From an uncultured Pelagibacteraceae bacterium (GTDB lineage Bacteria; Pseudomonadota; Alphaproteobacteria; Pelagibacterales; Pelagibacteraceae), in contig CACAZL010000002.1 in the NCBI GenBank assembly GCA_902536925.1, positions 25,762 through 89,761 of the forward strand: 64,000 nucleotides of DNA. The letters are read 5' to 3'. Below, in pieces: positions 23,181 to 32,936 of the stretch (its first letter is position 1; every line of letters begins with the position of its first letter). Both the position numbers and the translations under genes were made by a program. A model generated the notes under the pieces. It did no database searches. It was not told the origin of the DNA and saw only the letters and a list, made by a program, of their open reading frames with translations.

Positions 23181-24593
23181 TTAAAGTTTTGTTCCACCAA
23201 CGGTCATCTTATTTATAAGAATTGATGGCTGAGCTACTCCTACTGGAACACCTTGTCCAGCTTTCCCACATGTCCCTATACCTGGGTCTAATTTCATATC
23301 ATTACCGACTAATGAAACTTCTTTTAAAATTGACGGTCCATCTCCAATTAATGTAGCACCTTTGATTGGTGATCCAATTTTACCATTATTGATTTCGTAC
23401 GCTTCTGTGCAGTTAAATACAAATTTTCCTGAAGTTATGTCTACTTGTCCTCCCCCAAAACTTACAGCGAAAATACCTTTATTAACTGAGCTTATCATTT
23501 CATCTTGCGAATATTTACCTGACAACATCATTGTATTTCTCATTCTTGGTAAAACCACATGTTTATAACTTTCTCTTCTTCCACTACCTGTTGACTTAGT
23601 TCCCATCAAACGAGCGTTTAAACGGTCTTGCATATAGTTTTTTAAAATTCCATTTTCTATTAAAACTGTATTTTCAGTAGGCGTTCCTTCATCATCTATC
23701 GTTAAACTTCCTCTTCTTTGATGTAAGGTGCCGTCATCTACAATCGTAACTCCTTCACTAGCTACTTGCTGCCCCATTAAATTATGAAAAGCTGAAGTTT
23801 TTTTTCTATTAAAATCTCCCTCAAGACCATGTCCGATCGCTTCATGAATTAAAATTGCCGGCCATCCAGGACCTAAAACAACTTTCATTTCTCCTGCTGG
23901 AGCTGGTTTGCTTTCTAAATTCACATTTGCGATTCTAAAAGCTTCATCACAAACATCTTTCCAGCTTCCATCTTTTAGATAATCATCATAACTTTGTCTT
24001 CCTCCAACTCCATAAATACCTGTTTCTTTTTTTCCATCTTTTTCTAATACTACGGAAACGTTGAATCTGACTAATGGTCTATCATCTTTCAAAACTTGAT
24101 TATCAGACCTAATAATTTCTATTGATTTATGTTCACCTAAAAAATTTGCAGTTACTTGATTTACAATTGACCCTTTTGATCTTAAATAGTTATTAACACT
24201 GTTCAGCAAATCTATCTTTGAGTCGAAGGTCTTGCTTTCAATAGGGTTAATGTTCTCATAATATTTGCTATTAGTTTTAGGAATTTCATGATTATAGGTT
24301 CCTTTTTTTGACTTTAACGTATCTTTTAAATTCTCGCTTGATTTTATTAATGATTGCTTTGAAATATCATTAGAATGAGAGTAGGCAACAACTTCTCCTG
24401 TTACAGCTCTGAAACCATATCCTTGATCAGAGTTATAAGTTGAGCTCTTTATTTTATTATCATCTAAAACAATAGACTCTGATTTATGATTTTCTAAATA
24501 TAATTCTCCGTCGTCACAATTTTTTAAGGTTTCGGTAACAATTGCTTCAGCTTGTGATGTATCTATATCTGTATCTTTGAAGAAATTTGACAT
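23181..24593 (-). CDS. tldD: Metalloprotease TldD
   Basis: HEAIGHGLEGDFNRK, PRMRNT, GTCGKAGQ. Confidence 0.96.
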   Translation of the reverse strand: MSNFFKDTDIDTSQAEAIVTETLKNCDDGELYLENHKSESIVLDDNKIKSSTYNSDQGYGFRAVTGEVVAYSHSNDISKQSLIKSSENLKDTLKSKKGTYNHEIPKTNSKYYENINPIESKTFDSKIDLLNSVNNYLRSKGSIVNQVTANFLGEHKSIEIIRSDNQVLKDDRPLVRFNVSVVLEKDGKKETGIYGVGGRQSYDDYLKDGSWKDVCDEAFRIANVNLESKPAPAGEMKVVLGPGWPAILIHEAIGHGLEGDFNRKKTSAFHNLMGQQVASEGVTIVDDGTLHQRRGSLTIDDEGTPTENTVLIENGILKNYMQDRLNARLMGTKSTGSGRRESYKHVVLPRMRNTMMLSGKYSQDEMISSVNKGIFAVSFGGGQVDITSGKFVFNCTEAYEINNGKIGSPIKGATLIGDGPSILKEVSLVGNDMKLDPGIGTCGKAGQGVPVGVAQPSILINKMTVGGTKL

Positions 24594-24678
24594 TTGAAGA
24601 ATGTAGTAGTGATTATTAATATATCAACTGCTTATTTGGCACATTTGTAAAAATAAAATATTCAAATATAGTTTGATT

Positions 24679-25023
24679 ATGAAGGTTTTTTTTAACAATT
24701 CATGCAAAATCTGCAGAGCAGAAATTAATATTTATAAAAAAGAAAAAATAGAAAATTTGAATTGGATAGATATTACTAAAAATAAAAATGCCGAATTAGA
24801 AACAAAAAAAACTGATAAAGAGCTACTAAGAAGACTTCATGTGGAACAAGATGGAAAAATCTATGTGGGTATTGATGCTTTTTTACTTATTTGGAAAAGT
24901 ATTCCAAAATACAAGTTTCTTTATAAATTTTTTAAACTTCCAGTCATTTACCAATTATTTTATGTTGGATATGAAATTGTAGCGTTCTTTTTGTATTTAA
25001 AAAATAAACATCAACTAAACTAA
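24679..25023 (+). CDS. DCC1-like/DUF393 thiol-disulfide oxidoreductase family protein
   Basis: FFNNSCKIC CxxC, RRLHV, G.DAF..IW; ATG at 24679 preferred over TTG 24673. Confidence 0.8.
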   Translation: MKVFFNNSCKICRAEINIYKKEKIENLNWIDITKNKNAELETKKTDKELLRRLHVEQDGKIYVGIDAFLLIWKSIPKYKFLYKFFKLPVIYQLFYVGYEIVAFFLYLKNKHQLN

Positions 25024-25313
25024 TGTTGAATAGCGTATAAAATCTGGGTTACAAAAGATAAAAATATAAAAAAAGAGAAAAATAAAATAAAATACATAAC
25101 CGTAACTGCTCTATTTCTCTTTCTTCTTAAAATAACAAATTTTTTATCATCAAGAAAAGAAATATCTCTATCACCTGGTACTGGATAATCATAACTCCAT
25201 CTCCATAAAGATGAACCAAATCTTTTATCTAGTTTATTGTAATAATTTACCCAAGCCAATGACCACATAAACATTAGAAATAAAAATGTTAAAGCTAAAA
25301 AAGTTGAGAACAT
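25020..25313 (-). CDS. Hypothetical small 2-TM membrane protein
   Basis: 97-aa ORF with two hydrophobic helices filling the intergenic gap. Confidence 0.6.
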   Translation of the reverse strand: MFSTFLALTFLFLMFMWSLAWVNYYNKLDKRFGSSLWRWSYDYPVPGDRDISFLDDKKFVILRRKRNRAVTVMYFILFFSFFIFLSFVTQILYAIQH

Positions 25314-25345
25314 AAATATATTAAATTATATTAAATTTTTTTTAT

Positions 25346-26065
25346 ATGTCTATCTGGGGAAGTTTAATTGGTGGGATGATCGGTTTTTCTTTAGGAGGAC
25401 CGTTTGGGATGCTATTAGGTTCCTTAATTGGTGGAAAAGTATCAAGATCAAGATCATCATTTAAATCTTTTGCGCAACCTCAACAAGTTTTTGCATTAGC
25501 TCTTATAGTTTTATCAGCTAAACTGAGTAAAGCAGACGGTCAGGTTAGTAGAGAGGAATTAATAGCGGTAAAAGATAAACTCAAAATTCCAGAACATGAA
25601 TTAGATCAAGTTGGAAAAATTTTTAATAAAGCTAAAGAAGAAAGCACTGGTTACGAACCATATGCAAAACAAATAGCTCAGATCTATCAAGGAAATATAA
25701 ATGTGTTGGAAGAGGTCATTAATATATTATTTTATATTGCAGAAGCTGATGGAAATATAAGTGATCAAGAATTTAGTATGATACAACATGTTTCTCAACT
25801 ATTTGGTCTTAGTGATGCCCAGTTCAATGGAATAGTTGAGGGTAGGAAATCGTCAGATAAACTCAATCCATATGTGGTATTAGAAAGCAAACCTGATGAT
25901 AATCTTACAGATATTAGAAAAAGATATTTAAAATTGAGTAAAGAACATCATCCCGACTTACTTCTAAGCAAAGGAGTTCCTCAGGAAGTTATTGAAGAAA
26001 GCAAAAAGAAAATGAGAGCTATTAATTCAGCCTGGGATCAAATCCAAAAGCTAAAGAGTAATTAA
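25346..26065 (+). CDS. djlA: DjlA-type co-chaperone (TerB-like + J domain)
   Basis: MSIWG..IGG..G..LGGPFG, KADG.VS..E, C-terminal J domain with HPD. Confidence 0.88.
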   Translation: MSIWGSLIGGMIGFSLGGPFGMLLGSLIGGKVSRSRSSFKSFAQPQQVFALALIVLSAKLSKADGQVSREELIAVKDKLKIPEHELDQVGKIFNKAKEESTGYEPYAKQIAQIYQGNINVLEEVINILFYIAEADGNISDQEFSMIQHVSQLFGLSDAQFNGIVEGRKSSDKLNPYVVLESKPDDNLTDIRKRYLKLSKEHHPDLLLSKGVPQEVIEESKKKMRAINSAWDQIQKLKSN

Positions 26066-27336
26066 AATTGCTCAGATTCTGTTGAGCCTTCCATCGCTGT
26101 TGTGGAGCTCTTTCCAGAACTTATTGTATTGGAAACTGCATCAAAATAAGAAGTACCAACTTCTCGTTGGTGTTTAACACTGGTATATCCATCTTTTTCT
26201 CTAGCAAATTCATTTTGTTGTATTCTAGAGTAAGCAGTCATACCTTCCTTTTTATATTTTTCTGCAAGCTCGAAAATAGCAATATTTTGAGTATGGAAAC
26301 CTGCTAAAGTTATAAATTGAAATTTATACCCCATCATTCCAATTTTAGTTTGAAAAGTTGCAATCTCATCATCAGATAAATGTTTCTTCCAATTAAATGA
26401 TGGAGAGCAATTATAAGCTAGCATCTTGCCAGGAAATTTTGCATGTATTGCATCAGCAAACTTTTTTGCTTCTTCTAAATTAGGTGTTGCAGTTTCACAC
26501 CATATTAAATCCGCATAAGGTGCATAAGCTAACCCTCTTGAGATTGCTTGATCAATACCATCTTTTACATAATAAAAGCCTTCAGGTGATCTTTCTCCTG
26601 TTAAAAACGGTTTGTCATTTTCATCAAAATCGTTTGTTATTAGTTTCGCAGCGTTGGCATCTGTTCTTGCAAGAATAATGAGAGGAACGTCGGCAATATC
26701 AGCTGCCAATCTTGCTGCTTTTAGATTTCGGACCATGGTTCCAGTAGGAACAAGTACCTTACCACCCATATGTCCACATTTTTTTTCACTAGCTAGTTGG
26801 TCTTCAAAATGAACTCCGGCTGCGCCAGCTTTTATAAATTTTTTTGTTAGCTCAAATACATTTAACGGCCCACCAAATCCTGCTTCACCATCTGCAATAA
26901 TTGGCAACATGTAATCAGTTCTTTCGCTGCTATTCATATCTCCATCTGCTATTTCCATATGCTGAATTTGATCAGCTCTAATTAAAGAATTATTCATAGA
27001 CTCAACTAATTTAGGTGCGCTGTCGTAAGGATATAAAGATTGATCAGGATACATTTCACCAGCACTGTTTGCGTCTGCTGCAACTTGCCAACCACTTAAA
27101 TAAATCGCTTTTAAACCTGCTTTTGCATGTTGAACGGCTTGGTTTCCCGACAAAGACCCAAGTGTATTTACATATGGCTCTGTATTTAACAATCTCCAGA
27201 GCTTTTGAGATTGCTGTTTACACATTGAATACTCAATTTTAATGGATCCTCTTAACCTTTCTACCTCTTCTGGCTTATAATCCCTTTGTATTCCTGCAAA
27301 TCTTTTCAACTCGTACGAGATTTTCTCGGCTGACAT
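26062..27336 (-). CDS. aceA: Isocitrate lyase
   Basis: [42 protein letters not shown]; SD AGGAGG. Confidence 0.98.
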   Translation of the reverse strand: MSAEKISYELKRFAGIQRDYKPEEVERLRGSIKIEYSMCKQQSQKLWRLLNTEPYVNTLGSLSGNQAVQHAKAGLKAIYLSGWQVAADANSAGEMYPDQSLYPYDSAPKLVESMNNSLIRADQIQHMEIADGDMNSSERTDYMLPIIADGEAGFGGPLNVFELTKKFIKAGAAGVHFEDQLASEKKCGHMGGKVLVPTGTMVRNLKAARLAADIADVPLIILARTDANAAKLITNDFDENDKPFLTGERSPEGFYYVKDGIDQAISRGLAYAPYADLIWCETATPNLEEAKKFADAIHAKFPGKMLAYNCSPSFNWKKHLSDDEIATFQTKIGMMGYKFQFITLAGFHTQNIAIFELAEKYKKEGMTAYSRIQQNEFAREKDGYTSVKHQREVGTSYFDAVSNTISSGKSSTTAMEGSTESEQF

Positions 27337-27362
27337 TATTCCTCCTTTAAAACTAATTCTTT

Positions 27363-27524
27363 TTACTTTTCGTTATATTCTTCTGTAAACTCATTCATTC
27401 CACTTGATCCCCAATCGCAGTGGTCATCTCTTAAATAAACCCCTCTGCTTCTATGCTCTTGGTGCTCTTGGTGATTTGTAGTTTGAGAACTAGTTTCAAT
27501 GTTTTTTATTGTATTTTTGTCCAT
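27363..27524 (-). CDS. Small His/Cys-rich ORF (53 aa) upstream of aceA
   Basis: [53 protein letters not shown]; GC-richer than flanks; ends 26 nt before aceA. Confidence 0.6.
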   Translation of the reverse strand: MDKNTIKNIETSSQTTNHQEHQEHRSRGVYLRDDHCDWGSSGMNEFTEEYNEK

Positions 27525-27627
27525 GTAAACTTTATAATTTACAATATTTACAAAATCCACAAAAAATGTTAAAAGTCTAGTAAATATAATAAATTTTTTG
27601 TAAATAATAATTTACAAAGTTTACAAA
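27524..27627. promoter_or_regulatory. Putative RamB/ScfR operator cluster in the aceA-regulator divergent promoter
   Basis: TTTACAA at 27538, 27547, 27611 and 27620 (9-bp-period pairs); inverted repeat TTTGTAAA-N6-TTTACAAA at 27597-27618. Confidence 0.7.
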
Positions 27628-27633
27628 TAGTAA

Positions 27634-29058
27634 ATGAGTCAAGTAGAGTTAAATATTGGTCCAAAAATAAAAGCTTTTAGAAGACAGCTAGGAATGCAGG
27701 CAAACAAACTGGCCTCACAACTTAACATTTCACCGAGTTATTTAGCTTTAATCGAGGGAGGTAAAAGAAAAATTGACGGGGAATTACTTTTAAAAATTTG
27801 TGAGCAGTTAAGCATCAACATTAGCGACCTAACAAATAAATCAGATATCAATATGGTCAACACAATTTCAGAATTGCTTGATGATCAACTTTTTGAAGAT
27901 TTGGATATAGTTGGTCCAGAAGTTAAAGATTTAGCAAATAGTAATCCAAAAATTGGTAAAGCTCTAATAAGATTAGGAGACATTTTGAAAAAAAAAGATC
28001 ATGAATTGGTTAACAAAATTGAAAAACTTTCAGGAAAAATTGTAGATAATAGAAAAAACTCATTTCCTGGAGAAGTAATTTCAGATTTTTTGCAAGAAAA
28101 TAGAAATTTTTTTCCAAAGCTAGAAGAATTTGCAAATCAAATTTTTGAACAAATAAAACAAAATAATAGAACAAGATATATTGCTTTATGTGATTATTTA
28201 AAATCGGAGTATAAAATTGAAGTACAAGATATAATTCCTGAGGAAGGAAAACCATTCTCAAAAATTTATGATAACAAAAATAGAAAGTTGCTACTGTCTG
28301 ATTATTTATCTTTAGAAACAAAGAAATTACATGCTGCAGCGCAAATTGCACAAGAGGGAGCCAGTGGTATAATAAATTCTTATCTTGATACTTTTAGTTA
28401 TCCAAATGAAGAGTCGAAAAAATTAACAAAAGTTGCTTTATTAAATTATTGCGGTGCAGCAATTTTAATGCCCTACAAATTATTTCATTCTGAATGTAAA
28501 AAACTTAAATATGATTTAGAATTATTGCAAAATACTTTTGCGACTTCATTCGAACAAGTCACACATAGAGTAACATGTTTAAATGATCCAAAATTGCCTG
28601 GAGTTCCTTTTCATTTTTTGAGAGTTGATGTTGCTGGTAATATTTCAAAAAGATTTTCATTATCAGGTATTGAAATACCGCGTTATGGCGGTGCTTGTCC
28701 TCGATGGAATGTGTACTCAGCTTTTTCTAGACCTGGTGTTATACAGGCTGCAGTAAGTAAAATGACTAATGGTGAAAAATATGTATGTATAGCAAGAACT
28801 GTTGAAAAAGGTATAGGAAGATATGGACAAAAAAAAAGTATGTTATCTATTGGACTTGGATGTGAAGCCAAATATGCAAGAGATTTTGTTTATACGGAAA
28901 ACTTAGATTTGAATGATAAAAAATCAGAAATACCTGTTGGGGTTTCATGTAGAACTTGTGATAGACTGGATTGTTCTCAAAGAGCTTTTCCACCATTACA
29001 TAAAAAATTTGATGTTGACATTAATTCTAGAGGAGTATCTGTATATGTCAGTGATTAA
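27634..29058 (+). CDS. Short-chain fatty acyl-CoA regulator (RamB/PrpR/ScfR family; XRE HTH)
   Basis: XRE HTH (ISPSYLALIEGGKR), SFEQV.HR, RVDVAGNISKR, GACPRWN, CRTCDRLDCSQRAFP; divergent from aceA. Confidence 0.92.
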   Translation: MSQVELNIGPKIKAFRRQLGMQANKLASQLNISPSYLALIEGGKRKIDGELLLKICEQLSINISDLTNKSDINMVNTISELLDDQLFEDLDIVGPEVKDLANSNPKIGKALIRLGDILKKKDHELVNKIEKLSGKIVDNRKNSFPGEVISDFLQENRNFFPKLEEFANQIFEQIKQNNRTRYIALCDYLKSEYKIEVQDIIPEEGKPFSKIYDNKNRKLLLSDYLSLETKKLHAAAQIAQEGASGIINSYLDTFSYPNEESKKLTKVALLNYCGAAILMPYKLFHSECKKLKYDLELLQNTFATSFEQVTHRVTCLNDPKLPGVPFHFLRVDVAGNISKRFSLSGIEIPRYGGACPRWNVYSAFSRPGVIQAAVSKMTNGEKYVCIARTVEKGIGRYGQKKSMLSIGLGCEAKYARDFVYTENLDLNDKKSEIPVGVSCRTCDRLDCSQRAFPPLHKKFDVDINSRGVSVYVSD

Positions 29059-29593
29059 AAAACATATAAGTTTTATAATTATATTTTTATTTGTAAGTAT
29101 AAATAATGTGTATTCGGAAAATTTAAATATATTGTTTAAAGAATTGCTTAATGCAAAAAATTTACAACAAGCAGAAAAGCTAGAGGATAAAATTTGGAAT
29201 AAATGGACAAGACACCCAAACAATGATTATCTGACGAGCAAGTTAGAGAACGGAACTTATTCCATGTACCATCAGCAGTATAGAATGGCATTAAAACTAT
29301 TTACCGATGTGATTAATGAGGATCCAAAATGGGCGGAGGGTTGGAATAAGCGAGCTACATTGCTATTTATATTAGGTGATTATGAGAAATCGTTAGATGA
29401 TATTGAGAAAGTTTTAGATCTAGAGCCAAGACATTTTGGAGCATTATCCGGGCGAGCGCAAATATACTTAAGTTTAAAGGAATATGAAAAAGCAGTTGAT
29501 GACTTGAGAAAAGCAAAGTCAATTTATCCATTAATTAAAAGCGGAGAAAATATTAAGATAATAGAAAAAATTATCAAAGACCAACAAATTTAA
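29045..29593 (+). CDS. Exported TPR protein
   Basis: Start reassigned to ATG 29045 (AGGAG at 29031); WAEGWNKRAT, LEPRHFGALSG TPR motifs. Confidence 0.8.
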   Translation: MSVIKKHISFIIIFLFVSINNVYSENLNILFKELLNAKNLQQAEKLEDKIWNKWTRHPNNDYLTSKLENGTYSMYHQQYRMALKLFTDVINEDPKWAEGWNKRATLLFILGDYEKSLDDIEKVLDLEPRHFGALSGRAQIYLSLKEYEKAVDDLRKAKSIYPLIKSGENIKIIEKIIKDQQI

Positions 29594-30768
29594 TTATTCT
29601 TAGATCTTTTTTTTGCAATCAGCTGTGTTAATGAATCTACCATTAAATCTGAGGCTCTAAAAATTTCACTTGGTTTAAATTCATGTGAAATATTTTTTTC
29701 TTCATTTGTTTTATCTTCAATGACTATACCTTCGTCTGGAGAATTATTTTTAATATAAATTAGTATTAACCACTCATCATCTATTGTCTCGTCCCATTTT
29801 ATGAAAATCTCTCCAGTTTCAAATCTTCTATCTATACATCTCAAGATAGACATATGTTTAGTTATATATCTTTTATTAAGTTGAAAAACTAAACTATTCG
29901 CACTTCTGTAAAAGCTTTCAAGTGCAAACTCAATTTTTTGCCTAGCTAAAGTATACTCCCTTTCTCTTTGAAGTAATTTTGCTCTATCGTCTCCTTCTTG
30001 TGTTTCTACACCTAGCGCCTCGACTCGTTCTCTTATTTTCTGATCTCTTATTTGTTGGTATTTTAATTTTAGTTTTTCGATACGTTCTTGTAATCCTGAA
30101 TAATCCTCTCTCTTTTCTCTTAAAGCTAATTTTTCTAATTGTTCTAATTCTTTTACCTCTCTTATTCTAAACTTTTCTATTTGTTTTTCTAATTTTAATT
30201 CTTGTAAAAATTTCTTTTGTCTCTCCGCCTGCTCTTTTCTTAGTATGGCCTGTTCTTTTCTTAAAAATAATTTTATATCTTTTGCTCTCTCTCTTTCTAA
30301 TTTTTGTTCTTCTTTTAACTGGATTTCTTTTTCTTTTAAAGAAGCTTCTTCATCTGCTTTCTTTTGTTTCTCAATTTCGGTTTTTTCTTTTTCTGCCTGT
30401 TCTATTTTCTCTAGTTTAATTTGTCTTTTTTCCTCAGCTCTTATTTCTTTAAAACGAATTAATCTAGATTCTATACTTTGAAAAAATTTTTGTATTAATT
30501 TGTCAATCGCCAATAAATTAAAACTAAATTTAAACGAAAACTTATTTTTTAAATCTTCCTCAAGTCTGACTGTTCTTGAAATAATACCCTTTTCTGTACT
30601 TGTCTTTGATTTAACTTTATTTACTTTTTTTCTTTGATTTACTCTCTTTGTTATTTTTTTCCTTAATTTGGATCTTTTTTTTTTTAATTTTGATTTGATT
30701 TTTTTTTTTGATTTTTTAATTTTTGTTTTAAGACTTTTTTTTTTAGTTTTTTTTTTCTTTTTTTTCAT
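29590..30768 (-). CDS. Hypothetical protein: Lys-rich N-tail, long E/K coiled coil, globular C-domain
   Basis: 392-aa ORF; composition read from the translation. Confidence 0.8.
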   Translation of the reverse strand: MKKKKKKTKKKSLKTKIKKSKKKIKSKLKKKRSKLRKKITKRVNQRKKVNKVKSKTSTEKGIISRTVRLEEDLKNKFSFKFSFNLLAIDKLIQKFFQSIESRLIRFKEIRAEEKRQIKLEKIEQAEKEKTEIEKQKKADEEASLKEKEIQLKEEQKLERERAKDIKLFLRKEQAILRKEQAERQKKFLQELKLEKQIEKFRIREVKELEQLEKLALREKREDYSGLQERIEKLKLKYQQIRDQKIRERVEALGVETQEGDDRAKLLQREREYTLARQKIEFALESFYRSANSLVFQLNKRYITKHMSILRCIDRRFETGEIFIKWDETIDDEWLILIYIKNNSPDEGIVIEDKTNEEKNISHEFKPSEIFRASDLMVDSLTQLIAKKRSKNN

Positions 30769-30797
30769 TTAAGAAATACAGCTTTATCAGCTAATTT

Positions 30798-31985
30798 TTA
30801 ATAAATATAGTCTCTAGTATTAGGAACAGATCTTATATCTTTTGTTAGCTGAAGTTGAAATACAACTTGATCTCCCCATTTAAAAGCCATTTCACAACTT
30901 GTAAGATAAAATTCCCACATTCTTAAAAATTTTTCATCAAACATTTCTAAAACTTCCTCTTTTTTTGATAAGAATCTTTCTTTCCAATTTCTTAAAGTAT
31001 GGGCATAGTGCATCCTTAAAATTTCTATATCTGTAGCTATCAGTCCAGAATCCTCTATTGGCCTCGCTATTTCGCTTAAACTAGGGGTATATCCACCAGG
31101 AAATATATATTTTGTTATCCAAGGCTGTGGGTCTCTTGGTGGAAGATTTGATCCAATTGTATGTATCAAGGCTACTCCATCCCTTTTTAACATTTGAGAT
31201 ACTCTATTAAAATAGGTTTGATAGAATTTTTTTCCAACATGTTCAAACATTCCAACACTGACTATCCTATCAAATTTTTCATTCAATTGTCTGTAATCTA
31301 TTAATTTAAATTCAACTTGGTTATCTAAATTTAATTCTTTAGCTTTTTCTTGACTATATTTTAATTGATTTTCTGAAAGCGTAATTCCGGTAACTGAAGC
31401 TTTTGTTTTTTTTGCAATATCAATTGCAAGTGTACCCCAACCTGAGCCAATATCTAAAACTTTTTGATTAGGTTGTATATGAAGTTTTTTAATTATATGA
31501 TCGATTTTATTTTCTTGAGCAGTTTCCAAAGTATCGTTTTCATTTTTGAAGTATGCACATGAATATTGTCTTTTTTTATCAAGAAACAAATCGTATAATT
31601 TTTCTGAAATATCATAATGGTGTGCAACATTTTGTTTAGATTTAACAATTTTGTTAAAACTAGTTAAATATTTTAAAGTTCCCTTTATTTTATTTAACGT
31701 CTTTCCATAAATGTTAATATCTCCTCTTCCAATATTTTTAAAAGCTATATCAAGAAATTCAGTCAAGGTTCCATTTTTTAATCTTAAAGAGCCATTAGTA
31801 TATGCTTCACCAAAATATAAATCAGGATGAAACAGTAGTTTTTGTTGTAAGCTTTTATCTAGTAATTGTAATTCTATTGGAGTTTCTTTCAAAGGTTTCC
31901 CTATTACATACCTATTAGAATTATAATCTATTAAAATAAAGCCATCTTCTTTGATTAAATCATTTAAAAAATTTATAAGTTTCAT
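30798..31985 (-). CDS. cfa: Cyclopropane-fatty-acyl-phospholipid synthase family methyltransferase
   Basis: HHYD, YSCAYF, LDIGSGWG, SVGMFEHVG, KYIFPGG, HYAHTL, RMWEFYL. Confidence 0.92.
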   Translation of the reverse strand: MKLINFLNDLIKEDGFILIDYNSNRYVIGKPLKETPIELQLLDKSLQQKLLFHPDLYFGEAYTNGSLRLKNGTLTEFLDIAFKNIGRGDINIYGKTLNKIKGTLKYLTSFNKIVKSKQNVAHHYDISEKLYDLFLDKKRQYSCAYFKNENDTLETAQENKIDHIIKKLHIQPNQKVLDIGSGWGTLAIDIAKKTKASVTGITLSENQLKYSQEKAKELNLDNQVEFKLIDYRQLNEKFDRIVSVGMFEHVGKKFYQTYFNRVSQMLKRDGVALIHTIGSNLPPRDPQPWITKYIFPGGYTPSLSEIARPIEDSGLIATDIEILRMHYAHTLRNWKERFLSKKEEVLEMFDEKFLRMWEFYLTSCEMAFKWGDQVVFQLQLTKDIRSVPNTRDYIY

Positions 31986-32863
31986 TATGCCGCTTTTAAG
32001 TGCTTAAAGTCAAAGTCAAGTTTTTGAAGTTCATCAAAAAATATTTTTTTTTCGTTTTCATTTAATAGCTTCAATGGTGGAATTAAATTCTGGTAATCCT
32101 GATCGATTTGTGCCATGAAAGTATGTAATCCAGAGATTAAATTAAATTTATCAAAAATACTTCTTACTAAACACAACTTTTCGTTTGAAGATTGATCTGA
32201 TCCATTTTGAAATTTATCGTACACATCTCTTGCCAAAATTGAAGTAACATTAGTTGTTGCTGTAATTATTCCAGAGCAACCTAATTCAAGTCCTTTTAAT
32301 AATTTTGACTCTGAACCTGGCATTACTGAAAAATTTTTTATTTTCAAATTTTCATACAGATTATAAGAACTATCTTTTACTCCAACTATTTGACTTGGAA
32401 ATTTTTTTACTAGCTCTTCAACACAATCAATACTAAATTTATATCCTGAGAGTTTTTCGAAATTATATAAAATTATTTTACATTCATTAATTTCATCTAT
32501 TATTCTTGAGTAAAAATTAATCACATCATGATCGCTATACTTATAATAGGCAGGGGGCATAATTAAAAATTTATCAAACCCATTTGATTTGGCTATTTTT
32601 ATCAAATTAATATTGTCAACTAGCGAATTAAGACCAGTTCCAATTATAAATTTATCCCTATAATTACTTTTTGGTAACATATTGATTAATTGAATTTTTT
32701 CCGAAAGAGATATGAGTTGTGATTGTCCAGTGCTTCCAAAAAAAACTACTCCATGGCAACCTTTGTCGATTAGATTTTCAGCATATTTAATCGTTTTTTC
32801 ACTATTTAACGCCAGATTTTTATCTAATACTGACAATGTAGCTGCATATATTCCATTAATCAT
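31985..32863 (-). CDS. Dihydrodipicolinate synthase family (class I aldolase) protein
   Basis: GSTGQ, PPAYY, LYN, GVKDSS Schiff-base Lys; substrate uncertain. Confidence 0.8.
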   Translation of the reverse strand: MINGIYAATLSVLDKNLALNSEKTIKYAENLIDKGCHGVVFFGSTGQSQLISLSEKIQLINMLPKSNYRDKFIIGTGLNSLVDNINLIKIAKSNGFDKFLIMPPAYYKYSDHDVINFYSRIIDEINECKIILYNFEKLSGYKFSIDCVEELVKKFPSQIVGVKDSSYNLYENLKIKNFSVMPGSESKLLKGLELGCSGIITATTNVTSILARDVYDKFQNGSDQSSNEKLCLVRSIFDKFNLISGLHTFMAQIDQDYQNLIPPLKLLNENEKKIFFDELQKLDFDFKHLKAA

Positions 32864-32936
32864 AACTTAATTATATGACTATAATTATAGAATAGATTTA
32901 AGAAAAAAATAATAAAAAAATATATTCTAAATACTT

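Noticed and set aside
21859-24593. tldDE as part of a RiPP/microcin cluster
   Set aside because: No precursor peptide, YcaO or exporter nearby; housekeeping context
28913-29044. N-terminal extension of the TPR ORF
   Set aside because: Overlaps the regulator's conserved C-terminus; SD and signal peptide support the start at 29045
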